Of a stretch of 64,000 bases of DNA, positions 32,375 through 43,168 are shown piece after piece. This DNA is from an uncultured Alphaproteobacteria bacterium (GTDB lineage: Bacteria; Pseudomonadota; Alphaproteobacteria; RF32; CAG-239), in the NCBI GenBank assembly GCA_944392235.1, contig CALXVZ010000002.1, positions 73,288-137,287 on the forward strand, read 5' to 3'. How positions within the stretch are numbered: position 1 is the stretch's first letter; each line of letters begins with the position of its first letter. A model generated the notes under the pieces. The model saw nothing but the letters and a program-made list of their open reading frames with translations, ran no database searches and was not told the DNA's origin. The translations under genes were made by a program, and so were the position numbers.

Positions 32375-34486
32375 TTACGCTACTTCTTGCTTTTTTGCAA
32401 GCATTTTTAACTTTTCTGCCTTTTTTTCTTGATCACAGATCGGGCAAAATTCATGTTCACCAGCAATATAACCATGTTTCGGGCAAACAGAAAATGTCGG
32501 AGTAATCGTGATATAAGGCAAGCGATAATTAGCCAACACCTTTTTAATAAAGTCGCGGCAAACTTTTGCAGAGGAAATACGCTGATTCATATAGAGGTGC
32601 AGCACAGTTCCTCCTGTATATTTTGATTGCAATCTAGCTTGTAAATCTAGAGCTTCAAAAGGATCATCTGTATATCCAACTGGCAACTGAGAAGAGTTAG
32701 TATAGAAAGGAGCATCCGGAGTCCCTGCTTGAATAATACCAACATAACGTTTTTTATCTTCTCTAGCAAATCTTGTAGTAGCCCCTTCAGCCGGAGTAGC
32801 TTCAAGATTATACATATGCCCAGTTTCTTCTTGGAATTTCACTAATCTATCACGAACAAAATCTAAGAATTTCTCAGCAAAAGCCTGTCCCCAAACATCT
32901 GCAATATTATGTTCATCATTAGTAAAGTTTCTAATCATTTCATTCATACCATTAACACCAATAGTAGAGAAGTGATTACGAAGAGTTCCAAGATATCTTT
33001 TTGTAAATGGGAACAAACCATTATCAATCAAACGTTGAATAACTTTCCTTTTAATTTCCAAAGAAGTTCTTGCAATATTCATCAACTCATCAACTCTAGC
33101 AAAGAGTCCTGCTTCATTACCTTTATAAACATAACCTAATCTAGCACAGTTAATGGTAACAACACCAACAGAACCTGTCTGTTCAGCAGAACCAAACAAA
33201 CCATTACCACGAGCTAACAATTCTCTCAAATCCAACTGTAAACGACAGCACATAGAACGGATTTGCCCTGGTTTCAAAGAAGAATTCAAGAAATTCTGGA
33301 AATAAGGCAAACCATATTTTGCAGTCATTTCAAATAACAATTCAGTATTTTCATCTTCCCAAGGAAAATCCCAAGTCATATTATAAGTTGGGATAGGGAA
33401 AGTGAATGGACGTCCTTTAACATCACCACCCATCATAACATTGATATAGGCTTTATTAATCATAGCCATTTCTTCGCCTAAATCACCATATGTATAATCC
33501 TGTTCCACACCTGCAATTATAGGATGTTGATCACGCAAATCTTCAGGACAAACCCAATCAAAAGTAAAGTTTGTAAACGGAGTCTGAGAACCCCAACGAG
33601 AAGGAACATTAAGATTATAAATCAGTTCCTGCATACATTGTTCAACTTGTTCATACTTTAACTTATCTTTTCTAACATAAGGAGCCAAATAAGTATCAAC
33701 AGAAGAGAAAGCCTGAGCCCCAGCCCATTCATTTTGCAAAGTTCCCATAAAGTTAACCATTTGCCCAATTGCAGAAGATAAGTGCTTTGGAGCACCTGCT
33801 TCTACTTTACCTGGCACACCATTAAAACCTTCTCTTAATAAATTCTTCAAAGACCAACCAGCACAATAAGCTGCAAGCATACTCAAATCATGAATATGGA
33901 TATCACCATTTCTATGAGCTTCACCTACTTCTGCTGGATAAACATGAGATAACCAATAGTTCGCTGTAACTTTACCAGAAACGTTTAAGATTAAGCCTCC
34001 ATTAGAATATCCTTGGTTAGCATTTTCTTTAATACGCCAATCTAAATTTTCCAAATATTCATTAACAGAGCTTTCAACATCGATAACTGTTTTTCCATCA
34101 CCACGCATTCTATTTCTTTTATCTCGATACAAGATATAAGACTTAGCTGTTTTGAAATAGTTTGAGGATATTAAAACTTGTTCAACTACATCTTGAATAT
34201 CTTCCACAGAAGGCAAAGACTCATCAAATTTATGAGCTAAAATTTTCATAACTTGAGCTGTCAAAAGCCATGCATCATCATTATCAAATTCACCTGTAAT
34301 TTCACCTGCTCTAACAATAGCATTATAAATTTTATCACCATCAAAATCAGCAAGCGTTCCGTCTCTTTTAGTTATACTTTTAAACGGCAATTTATATTTT
34401 TTCACCGTTGGCATTTGCAACTCATTATTGGCCATTTTTTTATAAATCCCTTCGCTCAAATTTAACAAGTTCTTAAAATTCGTCAC
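32375..34486 (-). CDS. nrdD: anaerobic ribonucleoside-triphosphate reductase, large (catalytic) part lacking the terminal glycyl-radical segment
   Basis: ATP-cone (ITKRDGTLADFDGDKIYNAI) and class III RNR core. Ends after the Zn-ribbon CPKHG...CPIC without RVxGY. The track start at 34486 is GTG; ATG 34435 (MANNELQM, GAAGGGA RBS) is plausible. Confidence 0.85.
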   Translation of the reverse strand: MTNFKNLLNLSEGIYKKMANNELQMPTVKKYKLPFKSITKRDGTLADFDGDKIYNAIVRAGEITGEFDNDDAWLLTAQVMKILAHKFDESLPSVEDIQDVVEQVLISSNYFKTAKSYILYRDKRNRMRGDGKTVIDVESSVNEYLENLDWRIKENANQGYSNGGLILNVSGKVTANYWLSHVYPAEVGEAHRNGDIHIHDLSMLAAYCAGWSLKNLLREGFNGVPGKVEAGAPKHLSSAIGQMVNFMGTLQNEWAGAQAFSSVDTYLAPYVRKDKLKYEQVEQCMQELIYNLNVPSRWGSQTPFTNFTFDWVCPEDLRDQHPIIAGVEQDYTYGDLGEEMAMINKAYINVMMGGDVKGRPFTFPIPTYNMTWDFPWEDENTELLFEMTAKYGLPYFQNFLNSSLKPGQIRSMCCRLQLDLRELLARGNGLFGSAEQTGSVGVVTINCARLGYVYKGNEAGLFARVDELMNIARTSLEIKRKVIQRLIDNGLFPFTKRYLGTLRNHFSTIGVNGMNEMIRNFTNDEHNIADVWGQAFAEKFLDFVRDRLVKFQEETGHMYNLEATPAEGATTRFAREDKKRYVGIIQAGTPDAPFYTNSSQLPVGYTDDPFEALDLQARLQSKYTGGTVLHLYMNQRISSAKVCRDFIKKVLANYRLPYITITPTFSVCPKHGYIAGEHEFCPICDQEKKAEKLKMLAKKQEVA

Positions 34487-34496
34487 TACGAACGTT

Positions 34497-34545
34497 ATAC
34501 TACATATTGTATTAAAAAAGCATTAACACCTACAAGATATAGTAG
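34497..34545. promoter_or_regulatory. two 16-bp palindromes (ATACTACATATTGTAT, CTACAAGATATAGTAG) upstream of nrdD; NrdR-box-like operator candidate
   Basis: Centres 33 bp apart. 13/16 and 9/16 matches to the acaCwAtATaTwGtgt NrdR consensus. Confidence 0.3.
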
Positions 34546-34831
34546 AAAAATACTTATTCAATAAAAATTGAACAACTGCCCACATCATAAAAAAAACATC
34601 ATAATTGGCAAGCATTCGCCCCCTTTTTTTTTTATTTTTTTCATATCTCATTATAATTAAATTGATTTTTTTTTTTTAAAAGGTCCATAAATCTCTCTCC
34701 AAAATTTTTAAATACGTTACTAACAGTTTTTTTTATATTTTTCTCAAATTCTTTTTTATAATAAAAATTATTGACCTCAGCCATATATAAATATAATATA
34801 AGCAACGGATTAATTTTTGGGAGTATAAAAA

Positions 34832-35500
34832 GTGAGCAAAACCATAATTTGGGATTTAGACAATACCCTTTACTATGAAACAGATGAATACAAAAATAAA
34901 TTAAACGAAGCCACTGCTACAGCAGCAATAAAAGAATTTAAAATCCCACTAGAATTCAAAGAAGCTACAGAAAAAGTAAAAGAATCATATGCCACATACA
35001 GAGATGGCTTAGAAATTTTTGCCAGAGAATATGGCATACCCCACAAAGAACTATACAAATCATATCACAATTATAAAAGCGAATTAGTAAAAACAATCGC
35101 ACCATATGAAGGTTTATTAGAAGAATTACAGAGTCTCAAATGTCCACAATATGTATTTTCCACCTCATCTAAAGATATTTGCGAAAAAATACTAAAACAC
35201 ATCTCCCTATATGATTTCTTCAAAGACAAATTCTATTCTGTCGAAGATTTCGATGTATACAAAAAAAATGAAAGCTCTGATGTATACAAAAGACTATGCG
35301 AAACAATAGGTATCTCTCCTAAAGATTGTATATTTATCGATGACAGCTATTCTAATCTAGACTATGCGAAACAGTGTGGAATGACAACTATTCGTATTTA
35401 TTATGGTAACAACTCAGCTAAAGATAAGACTTTTATAGATTCTGCCTACAAAGGTATCTATGAATGTTTAGAAGGATTAAAAAAAGATTATAATTGCTAA
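34832..35500 (+). CDS. HAD-superfamily hydrolase (subfamily IA, nucleotidase-like)
   Basis: Motif I WDLDNTLYY (DxDxT) and C-terminal IDDS motif. Confidence 0.7.
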   Translation: MSKTIIWDLDNTLYYETDEYKNKLNEATATAAIKEFKIPLEFKEATEKVKESYATYRDGLEIFAREYGIPHKELYKSYHNYKSELVKTIAPYEGLLEELQSLKCPQYVFSTSSKDICEKILKHISLYDFFKDKFYSVEDFDVYKKNESSDVYKRLCETIGISPKDCIFIDDSYSNLDYAKQCGMTTIRIYYGNNSAKDKTFIDSAYKGIYECLEGLKKDYNC

Positions 35501-35518
35501 ACAATAGCGTTATAAATT

Positions 35519-36232
35519 TTAATCTTCATCAAATTGTGCGCACAATTTACTTTCTAACAGGTAATGCTCTGGGGTATCGAGTTTTACCTGTTCTTTTTCT
35601 ACATCTTTTCTCCAAATATCCACTTTATTTTTAAGAGTATTAACATATTCCGTATTAAGTTCTTTAGCCACTAATTTTCCATTTTGTCCTGACTGTAAAA
35701 TTTTAACTCCAACTGTTTCAAATAAATTATTAACTTCTTTTTTAAACTCAGGTAAAAAATAATCTAAAGCCTCAATATAGATTTGCATATGAGTTTTCTC
35801 ATGTCTTAAAGCAACTTCGTATAAGCAAGATTGCTTCTTTAAATCTTTTAGAATATAGATTGTAGGAGAAACATATCCCAAATGAACAGTTATCGTTTTC
35901 GGAAAGACACACTCATAATTACGACTAATTTCTATTTGTCCAACAGTCATATTAAAATTAAAAGTATCTCGAACTTTTGTTAAGCCAATAGGCTCAAATT
36001 CTACTGGAAACCTCAATCCATTTTCCTTAAATTTAATTTCAGTTTCATTCTTTAGGAAATCACGATCTTTTGAAAAATCATACATAAGATTCCCATACGC
36101 AGCAGTAATTTGGATTGAAGGTTTTTCAATAATGCTCAAACACTCTTTTTCATATTTTTCCAAATCATCAATAGCTAAAGCAGTATTACCTAAAGAACAC
36201 ATAAAAATTAAGGCAAAAAAAACTTTTTTCAT
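35519..36232 (-). CDS. secreted protein with HExxH motif (putative Zn-dependent protease, DUF922-like)
   Basis: Signal peptide MKKVFFALIFMCSLGNTALA; ALRHEKTHMQIY HExxH. Confidence 0.4.
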   Translation of the reverse strand: MKKVFFALIFMCSLGNTALAIDDLEKYEKECLSIIEKPSIQITAAYGNLMYDFSKDRDFLKNETEIKFKENGLRFPVEFEPIGLTKVRDTFNFNMTVGQIEISRNYECVFPKTITVHLGYVSPTIYILKDLKKQSCLYEVALRHEKTHMQIYIEALDYFLPEFKKEVNNLFETVGVKILQSGQNGKLVAKELNTEYVNTLKNKVDIWRKDVEKEQVKLDTPEHYLLESKLCAQFDED

Positions 36233-36273
36233 CTAAAATACTTTCAAGCACAACAATTAACGCGGAGATAGTT

Positions 36274-36945
36274 ATGAAATATATATATATCATAAGCATA
36301 ATCTTGTCCAGTTTTTTTGCCAACAATGCTATGAGTTCAAACAATCATAAAACGATTTTAGCCTTTTTCATTCCACAAGGAGCATTTCAGCAAAACAATC
36401 AAATTCAAGATATCCGTTTAATGAAACCACGATACATCAAAACAGAAACTCAAAGAGAACAACCTAAAGAAGAAATATTTGACAATCACATCTCACAACA
36501 ATCACCCCAAAATCAGCAAAATAACTACTCAAAATCACCCGCTATCCCACAAAAACAAATATCCACAAAAAATACAGAGATAAAAAGAAGAACAATACAA
36601 TCAAAAACCGATACAACAAAAAAAATAAAAGACACAGAAATCACAGAATCAATCCCCTCTTCAAAATATCAGTTAGAAGATAACCAAAAGAACAAATCAA
36701 CAACAACTTCTGAAACCTCACAAATAGCAGAAGTAAATATCAAAGACTTACACAAAAAAAGTCTAAAAGAACTATTATCTGAAATACCATACCCAGATTC
36801 TCATCAACCTAAATTTAAGCAATTATACGGTCTATATGGATTAGAGTTACGTTCTTTCCAACGTCGAGGAAAATTCCCTATCAACCGCGACCAAGAAGAT
36901 GCTTTAGCAAAAGCAAACTCTACAAAAAGATTTACTATTCAATAA
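36274..36945 (+). CDS. secreted low-complexity (Q/N/T/K-rich) protein
   Basis: Signal peptide followed by compositionally biased sequence. Confidence 0.4.
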   Translation: MKYIYIISIILSSFFANNAMSSNNHKTILAFFIPQGAFQQNNQIQDIRLMKPRYIKTETQREQPKEEIFDNHISQQSPQNQQNNYSKSPAIPQKQISTKNTEIKRRTIQSKTDTTKKIKDTEITESIPSSKYQLEDNQKNKSTTTSETSQIAEVNIKDLHKKSLKELLSEIPYPDSHQPKFKQLYGLYGLELRSFQRRGKFPINRDQEDALAKANSTKRFTIQ

Positions 36946-36996
36946 TCCACAAAAGAGCATTTTTATTATAAAAATTAAGAGGGAACATAGCCCCTC

Positions 36997-38799
36997 TTAA
37001 TCATCCCCAATACGCAAAGCTTCAATAAATGCAGACTGTGGAACTTCAACTTTTCCGAATTGTCTCATTCTCTGCTTACCTTTTTTCTGTTTATCTAAGA
37101 GCTTACGTTTACGAGTAATATCACCACCATAACATTTCGCTGTAACATCTTTACGCATAGCAGAAATAGTTTCTCGAGCAACAACACGCCCCCCAATAGC
37201 TGCTTGAATAGGAATTTTGAATAAATGCCTCGGGATTAAATCTTTTAATCTCTCACAAATTTGTCTTCCCCTAGATTCTGCCTCGCTTCTATGACACAAA
37301 AATGCTAATGCATCGACAGGTTCTTCATTAATAAGAATTTGAACTTTAACCAAATCAGATTGTTCATATCCAATCAATTCATAATCAAAACTTGCATAGC
37401 CACTTGTAATAGATTTCAATCTATCATAAAAATCAAAAACAATTTCATTAAGCGGAATACGATACACAACCATTGCGCGTGAGCCCACATAAGTTAATTC
37501 TTGCTGCAAACCACGACGCTCTGTGCAAAGTTTCAAAACTGCCCCTAAATATGTATCAGGAACAAGAATAGTTGCTTTAACCATAGGTTCTTCGATAGAT
37601 GCAACTGTAGACAAATCCGGCATATCGGCAGGATTATGAAGCATAATCGTCTCACCTTTTGTCAGATTAATTTTATAAGCCACAGATGGTGCAGTAGTAA
37701 TGATATCCAAATCAAATTCACGACCGATTCGTTCCTGAATAATTTCCATATGCAACAACCCTAAGAACCCACATCTAAAACCGAGTCCAAGAGCAGCTGA
37801 ATTTTCATTTTGATAATCAATACTTGCGTCGTTAAGTTTCAATTTAGCAAGAGCATCTTTAAGAGCTTCATACTGACTGCTATCAACAGGGAAGATTGAG
37901 CAGAACACAACAGGAATAGAAGGTTTAAATCCAGGTAAAGCTTCATCGCACGGGCGCTTATTATCTGTAATTGTATCACCAACGCTACAATCTCCAACAC
38001 TTTTAATGCTTGCTGTAATATACCCAACTTCACCGGCAGATAATTCTTCCGCTTCTTGCATTTTAGGAGTGAACACCCCTAAACGATCCACTGTATAAGT
38101 AGCATTATTACTCATCATACGAATAATTTGTTTTTTACGTAAAACACCATCTTTAATCCGCACTAAAATAACAACACCTAAATAAGGATCATACCAACTA
38201 TCAATCAGAAGAGCCTTAAGCGGAGCCTCAACATCACCTTGCGGAGCCGGCAAATAGTGAACAATTGCTTCTAATAATTCATCGATTCCTGCACCAGTTT
38301 TACCAGAAGTTTCAACAGCATTACCAGCATCAATACCAATAACATCTTCAATTTGACTTTTAACTTTTTCAACATCTGCAGAAGGTAGATCAACTTTATT
38401 AAGAGCCGGAACAATTTCATGATTATTATCAATAGCCAAATAAACATTAGCCAAAGTCTGAGCCTCTACACCTTGAGTAGCATCAACAACCAAAACAGAG
38501 CCCTCACAAGCAGCCAAAGAACGAGATACTTCATAAGAGAAGTCCACATGCCCTGGAGTATCAATTAGATTCAGCATATACTCTTGCCCATCTTTAGCAA
38601 TATATTTCAATCTAACAGTCTGAGCCTTAATAGTAATTCCACGTTCTCTTTCAATATCCATAGAGTCCAGAACTTGCTCCGTCATTTCACGTCTTTCCAA
38701 ACCACCGCAAGTTTCAATAATTCTATCTGCAATTGTAGATTTACCATGGTCAATATGAGCAATAATTGCAAAATTTCTAATTTTTGCCAAATCCTGCAT
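36997..38799 (-). CDS. lepA: translation elongation factor 4 (LepA)
   Basis: G1 [10 protein letters not shown]3 DTPGHVDF and the unique LepA C-terminal domain. Start preferred at [10 protein letters not shown] (38799); the track start is 38820. Confidence 0.95.
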   Translation of the reverse strand: MQDLAKIRNFAIIAHIDHGKSTIADRIIETCGGLERREMTEQVLDSMDIERERGITIKAQTVRLKYIAKDGQEYMLNLIDTPGHVDFSYEVSRSLAACEGSVLVVDATQGVEAQTLANVYLAIDNNHEIVPALNKVDLPSADVEKVKSQIEDVIGIDAGNAVETSGKTGAGIDELLEAIVHYLPAPQGDVEAPLKALLIDSWYDPYLGVVILVRIKDGVLRKKQIIRMMSNNATYTVDRLGVFTPKMQEAEELSAGEVGYITASIKSVGDCSVGDTITDNKRPCDEALPGFKPSIPVVFCSIFPVDSSQYEALKDALAKLKLNDASIDYQNENSAALGLGFRCGFLGLLHMEIIQERIGREFDLDIITTAPSVAYKINLTKGETIMLHNPADMPDLSTVASIEEPMVKATILVPDTYLGAVLKLCTERRGLQQELTYVGSRAMVVYRIPLNEIVFDFYDRLKSITSGYASFDYELIGYEQSDLVKVQILINEEPVDALAFLCHRSEAESRGRQICERLKDLIPRHLFKIPIQAAIGGRVVARETISAMRKDVTAKCYGGDITRKRKLLDKQKKGKQRMRQFGKVEVPQSAFIEALRIGDD

Positions 38800-38946
38800 T
38801 GAGCTATCCTTAAAAAACAAATTTATAAACTTATATTTCTACATAAAGTAAATTTTACAGGAACGCAACAGATTTTAAACACTTTACTGTTGCAAGTAAC
38901 ATAAAACTATGCTTAAATAGTAACAATAAATTATTCTGAAAGAAAT

Positions 38947-39396
38947 ATGGAGGCTGCAATGATTAAATTTATAGACATTGAATTTGGTTCAGGAAGATAC
39001 CAAGAGTTATTAGATCTAAGGTATAAAATATTATTGCAACCATTAGGATTAAAATTTTTAGATTCTTTCAGAGAAGAAGAAGCAGGTTTTCTCCACATTG
39101 GCTGTATAGATTCCGTTAGTGATAAATTAATCGGTGGTTTAATTATGGTTCCAATTAATAATGACGAGATAAGAATAATGCAAGTAGCCGTAGACGTAGT
39201 TCATCAAGGCGAAGGAATTGGAAAAAAATTAATTGAATACGCTGAAAAAACTGCTAAAGAAATCGGTTATAGCACTATGGTAATGCATGCAATGCTATCC
39301 GTTGTAGGTTTTTATGAAAAATTAGGCTTCAAGCAAGACGGAGATTTATTTGAAGAAAAAGGCATTAACTTTATCCGAATGGTCAAAGACCTCTAA
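38947..39396 (+). CDS. GNAT family N-acetyltransferase
   Basis: Motif A VDVVHQGEGIGKKLIEYAEKTAKEIG. Confidence 0.7.
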   Translation: MEAAMIKFIDIEFGSGRYQELLDLRYKILLQPLGLKFLDSFREEEAGFLHIGCIDSVSDKLIGGLIMVPINNDEIRIMQVAVDVVHQGEGIGKKLIEYAEKTAKEIGYSTMVMHAMLSVVGFYEKLGFKQDGDLFEEKGINFIRMVKDL

Positions 39397-39902
39397 ATAA
39401 ACTTTAATAAAAAATCTTTAATTATCTGAGCCGTCTGAAAAGGAGTTTGCTCATCATTACAGATGACCTTGTCTGAATTTAAAGGCATTTGATATCCTTG
39501 CTGATACATTTCAGCAATACGCTTTTTCTCTCGCTCAGAAAGTTCACGACTTCCACGATTCCTCAAACAATTTTCTAGAGATGGAGAAAGTGTAATATTG
39601 ATAAATTTATCATTTTCATCATCCCATTGTTTCCAATTTTCGAAATTACGCTGACTCATTGGATAAGCAAAAAACAAAATTTTATATCTTTGCAGATGCT
39701 TTTCCTCCTGAACAGATATTTGAAGTCTCTTCAAACGTTCAACAATTCCTGCTCTAAAATCAAGCTGAAGTCGTTCCTGTTCTTCATCTGACAAAAGCTC
39801 ATCAACCTCCAGAAAAAAGGCTTGATCAAAGAAGGTTGGCAAAATTTTTCCTACAGTTGATTTACCAGAATTAATTGGTCCATTTATATTAACAATTAGC
39901 AT
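39393..39902 (-). CDS. P-loop NTPase/kinase-like protein
   Basis: Walker A GPINSGKST at the N-terminus. Confidence 0.45.
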   Translation of the reverse strand: MLIVNINGPINSGKSTVGKILPTFFDQAFFLEVDELLSDEEQERLQLDFRAGIVERLKRLQISVQEEKHLQRYKILFFAYPMSQRNFENWKQWDDENDKFINITLSPSLENCLRNRGSRELSEREKKRIAEMYQQGYQMPLNSDKVICNDEQTPFQTAQIIKDFLLKFI

Positions 39903-39909
39903 ATTTATG

Positions 39910-40983
39910 CTAATCCAAATAGAGTGAACTTTGCTTATATCTTTTAACTAGATTACGCAAAAGAACGCCGATAATAGCAGCAACAGGCACAGCCAACATT
40001 AATCCTAAAAATCCTAAGAGGACACCACCTGCCAACAAAGCAAACATTACCCAAACAGGATGTAGACCTACATTTTCACCAACCAATTTTGGCGTTAAGA
40101 AGTTCCCTTCTAAAAACTGCCCACTCAAAAATACCGCAACAACATACATAACATGAGTAATATCATTAAATTGAGCAAACGCTAAAATAACCGCCAAAAC
40201 AAAACCAGTAATTGAACCTACATATGGAATAAAGGAAATAACCCCTGCAATAAAACCAACAAGTAAACCCAACTCTAAACCAACTAATTTTAAGCCAATG
40301 GAATAATACAAACCAAGGATAACGCAAACACTCAATTGTCCTCGAATAAAACCTGCAATAATTACATTAATTTCATGCATGCTTTGCATAATACCTTTTT
40401 TTGACTTCTTAGGCAACAATCCCTCAAATTTTTTAACAAAAGCATCCCAATCACGCAGCATATAAAATGCAACGATAGGTGTAATCAAAATAAGCGAAAT
40501 AAGGTTAATAAATGCAAAACCATTAGCAATTAGCCCTTGAAAGACCTTTCCGGCCAATTTAACCCCATTACCTATATTTGCTTTAATCACCTCTTCAATA
40601 TTACCGGCAACAACATCAGGAAAACGTTCCGCAAGATCTTTCAAAGTAGGACGAATTTTATCCAATAACAACCCCAAATATTTAGGAGTAGCCTGAATCA
40701 ATAAAGAAAGCTGACTTTCCACAATTCCTAGAAATAAAAAGATAGCCGGAATGAGAAGCAAAATCATGATAATACAAACTATAACCGTTGCCCAGGTTCT
40801 AGATATTTTGCATTTTTCCAATTTAATTGTAAGAGGATTTAAGAGATACGCCAATAAGATTCCTGCTACAAAAGGCATCAAAACAGAACGTAGTAAATAT
40901 AAAAAGAAAAAAAATACAAAAAATATAACAAACCACATATATGGATTAACATAAAATCGACTTTGCAATTTAGTAGATGGCAT
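39910..40983 (-). CDS. AI-2E family transporter (PerM/UPF0118-like permease)
   Basis: 357 aa with ~8 TM helices in the topology typical of the AI-2E family. Confidence 0.55.
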   Translation of the reverse strand: MPSTKLQSRFYVNPYMWFVIFFVFFFFLYLLRSVLMPFVAGILLAYLLNPLTIKLEKCKISRTWATVIVCIIMILLLIPAIFLFLGIVESQLSLLIQATPKYLGLLLDKIRPTLKDLAERFPDVVAGNIEEVIKANIGNGVKLAGKVFQGLIANGFAFINLISLILITPIVAFYMLRDWDAFVKKFEGLLPKKSKKGIMQSMHEINVIIAGFIRGQLSVCVILGLYYSIGLKLVGLELGLLVGFIAGVISFIPYVGSITGFVLAVILAFAQFNDITHVMYVVAVFLSGQFLEGNFLTPKLVGENVGLHPVWVMFALLAGGVLLGFLGLMLAVPVAAIIGVLLRNLVKRYKQSSLYLD

Positions 40984-42001
40984 AATATCCTCCTTCTTTT
41001 TTCAATTTATATCCTCTTAAAGCCAAATTAGCCTGCAGCTTTTCCCAAACACCGCTATAAATAAAGTTAAAATGAACTTTACCATTAGCCATAGACACCA
41101 CTTTAACATCTTTTACTTGCGGATAAGTATCTAAAAAGCGTTTAAGAGACAGCCAATCACTAAGCCTCACATATGTATAGACTACTTCAATTTTTTGATT
41201 AACAATTTCATCAGCATTTTCTATATTTTCAAGATGGTGAACTTTTTTAACATCTTTGAAAAAAGGCAAAGTTAAATCTATTAATTCCTGAGGAGAAGCT
41301 TGCCCTATAATAATCTCATTAACTTCACGACTAGGAAATTCCTTAACATAAACCTTTCCATCTTTAAGAGAATATTTCAAAACATACATATTATCAACAT
41401 TATTAAAAGAAGCCAATTCATTAAATTCGCTATCATTCATATCGTAAATACGATTAGCCTCAACAGCAGTAATATTCCCCAAATTTTTATCAATATCATG
41501 AAGAATCAAATTACCTTTACGAATATCTTTACGTTCAGTAAAAGCATTTCTCCAAAAATTATCATCTCCCCACAAATTCAGAGAACCATCTTGATTTTCT
41601 AAAACAGGAATAATCAAAACAGTTTGTTCTTCTCCAACAACAAAAGGGAGATTATTTTCTTCCATATAAGCTTTAAGAACATCTTCATTAACAGTAACCC
41701 GTAAATCAGCAATATATCTGACATTAGAAGATTTTTCCATTAATACCATCACCCCAGAAATAAAATGTTGTATTTGATTATCATTAAGGTTTTTAATATT
41801 TTCAACACTTTGAGGTGTGCTAATACTCAATAAGACCTCATTAAGAGCATCGCGTCTAGCCTTATTCATCGCTTGCTTTTTTGCATCAACAACACTCTCA
41901 GCCGTTACATCAACATTCACATCAGCATCAAAAAGAGAGTTAGCTATAACATTTTTAAAAGAAAACAACACCAATGTCAGAATAAAGAAAAACCTACGCA
42001 C
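40970..42001 (-). CDS. hypothetical periplasmic protein (signal peptide)
   Basis: N-terminal signal peptide MRRFFFILTLVLFSFKNVIA. Confidence 0.4.
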   Translation of the reverse strand: MRRFFFILTLVLFSFKNVIANSLFDADVNVDVTAESVVDAKKQAMNKARRDALNEVLLSISTPQSVENIKNLNDNQIQHFISGVMVLMEKSSNVRYIADLRVTVNEDVLKAYMEENNLPFVVGEEQTVLIIPVLENQDGSLNLWGDDNFWRNAFTERKDIRKGNLILHDIDKNLGNITAVEANRIYDMNDSEFNELASFNNVDNMYVLKYSLKDGKVYVKEFPSREVNEIIIGQASPQELIDLTLPFFKDVKKVHHLENIENADEIVNQKIEVVYTYVRLSDWLSLKRFLDTYPQVKDVKVVSMANGKVHFNFIYSGVWEKLQANLALRGYKLKKEGGYYAIY

Positions 42002-42139
42002 AACAAAATCTCCTAAATTAAACTATCTAAATGTTTATACCGTAAAAGCATAAAAATCAAACTTTTTTATTGCCTTTTAAAAGGTTATGATATTAACTGA
42101 AGAAAAATTTCGAACATACATCATAAAAGGACGATAGAT

Positions 42140-43144
42140 ATGAAAATAAGCAAATTTCTGGACAGCCTTTTAGAGAGAGCCTCTAAAGAGCCAAAAACAA
42201 TTGTATTACCTGAAGGAGAAGACGAACGCATCTTGCAAGCCGCTCATGTAATAGCAGAAAGAAAAGCAGCAAAATTAATCATTTTAGGCAATCCAGCAGA
42301 AATCAAATCATACTTTGATAAAAACAACTGGAAGATGGATGGAATAGAATTATTGCAACCAGAAACATCAGACAAATTAGAACAATATGCTGATTTATTA
42401 TATGAATTGCGCAAAGCTAAAGGAATGACACCAAACGATGCAAAAAAATTAGCCTTAAACTACAATTACTTTGGCACATTGATGATTAAAGCAGGCGATG
42501 CAGACGGTATGGTATCCGGAGCCAATCACTCAACAGCCGATACAGTAAGACCTGCACTACAAATTATAAAATCAGCACACAAAGATCGTAGCGTTTCTTC
42601 CGCTTTAATTTTAGTAGCCAATGATAAACCATATATTTTCTCAGATTGTGCTATTATCATTAATCCAAGTGAACAAGAATTAGCTGATATGGCTTTAGCA
42701 AGTTCAGAAACAGCGTTAAAATTTGGCTTATCACCAAAAGTTGCAATGCTCTCCTATTCAACCAGAGGTTCAGGTTCAGGTGGAATGGTTGACAAAGTTC
42801 GCAATGCAACAAAATTAGCACAAGACATGTTATTGCTTGACGAATATAAGAGTCTTCCAATCATGATTGATGGAGAAATGCAAGCAGATGCTGCCTTAGA
42901 TGAAGTCGTTGCCAAAAAGAAAGCACCGGATTCGAGAGTTGCCGGACAAGCCAATGTTTTAATTTTCCCATGTTTGGAAGTAGGAAACATTAGTTATAAA
43001 TTATTACAACGCCTATGTGGCTGTGAAGCATATGGACCAATGTTACAAGGCCTAAACGCTCCTGTAAATGACTTATCAAGAGGCGCCTTAGCAGAAGACA
43101 TTGTTGGAATGATTGCAATAACCGCTATCCAAGCAACCAAATAA
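42140..43144 (+). CDS. pta: phosphate acetyltransferase
   Basis: PTA_PTB family (SGANHSTADTVRPALQII, YSTRGSGSG). Followed by ackA. Confidence 0.9.
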   Translation: MKISKFLDSLLERASKEPKTIVLPEGEDERILQAAHVIAERKAAKLIILGNPAEIKSYFDKNNWKMDGIELLQPETSDKLEQYADLLYELRKAKGMTPNDAKKLALNYNYFGTLMIKAGDADGMVSGANHSTADTVRPALQIIKSAHKDRSVSSALILVANDKPYIFSDCAIIINPSEQELADMALASSETALKFGLSPKVAMLSYSTRGSGSGGMVDKVRNATKLAQDMLLLDEYKSLPIMIDGEMQADAALDEVVAKKKAPDSRVAGQANVLIFPCLEVGNISYKLLQRLCGCEAYGPMLQGLNAPVNDLSRGALAEDIVGMIAITAIQATK

Positions 43145-43168
43145 ATTAACCCGAAAAAGGAATATAAA

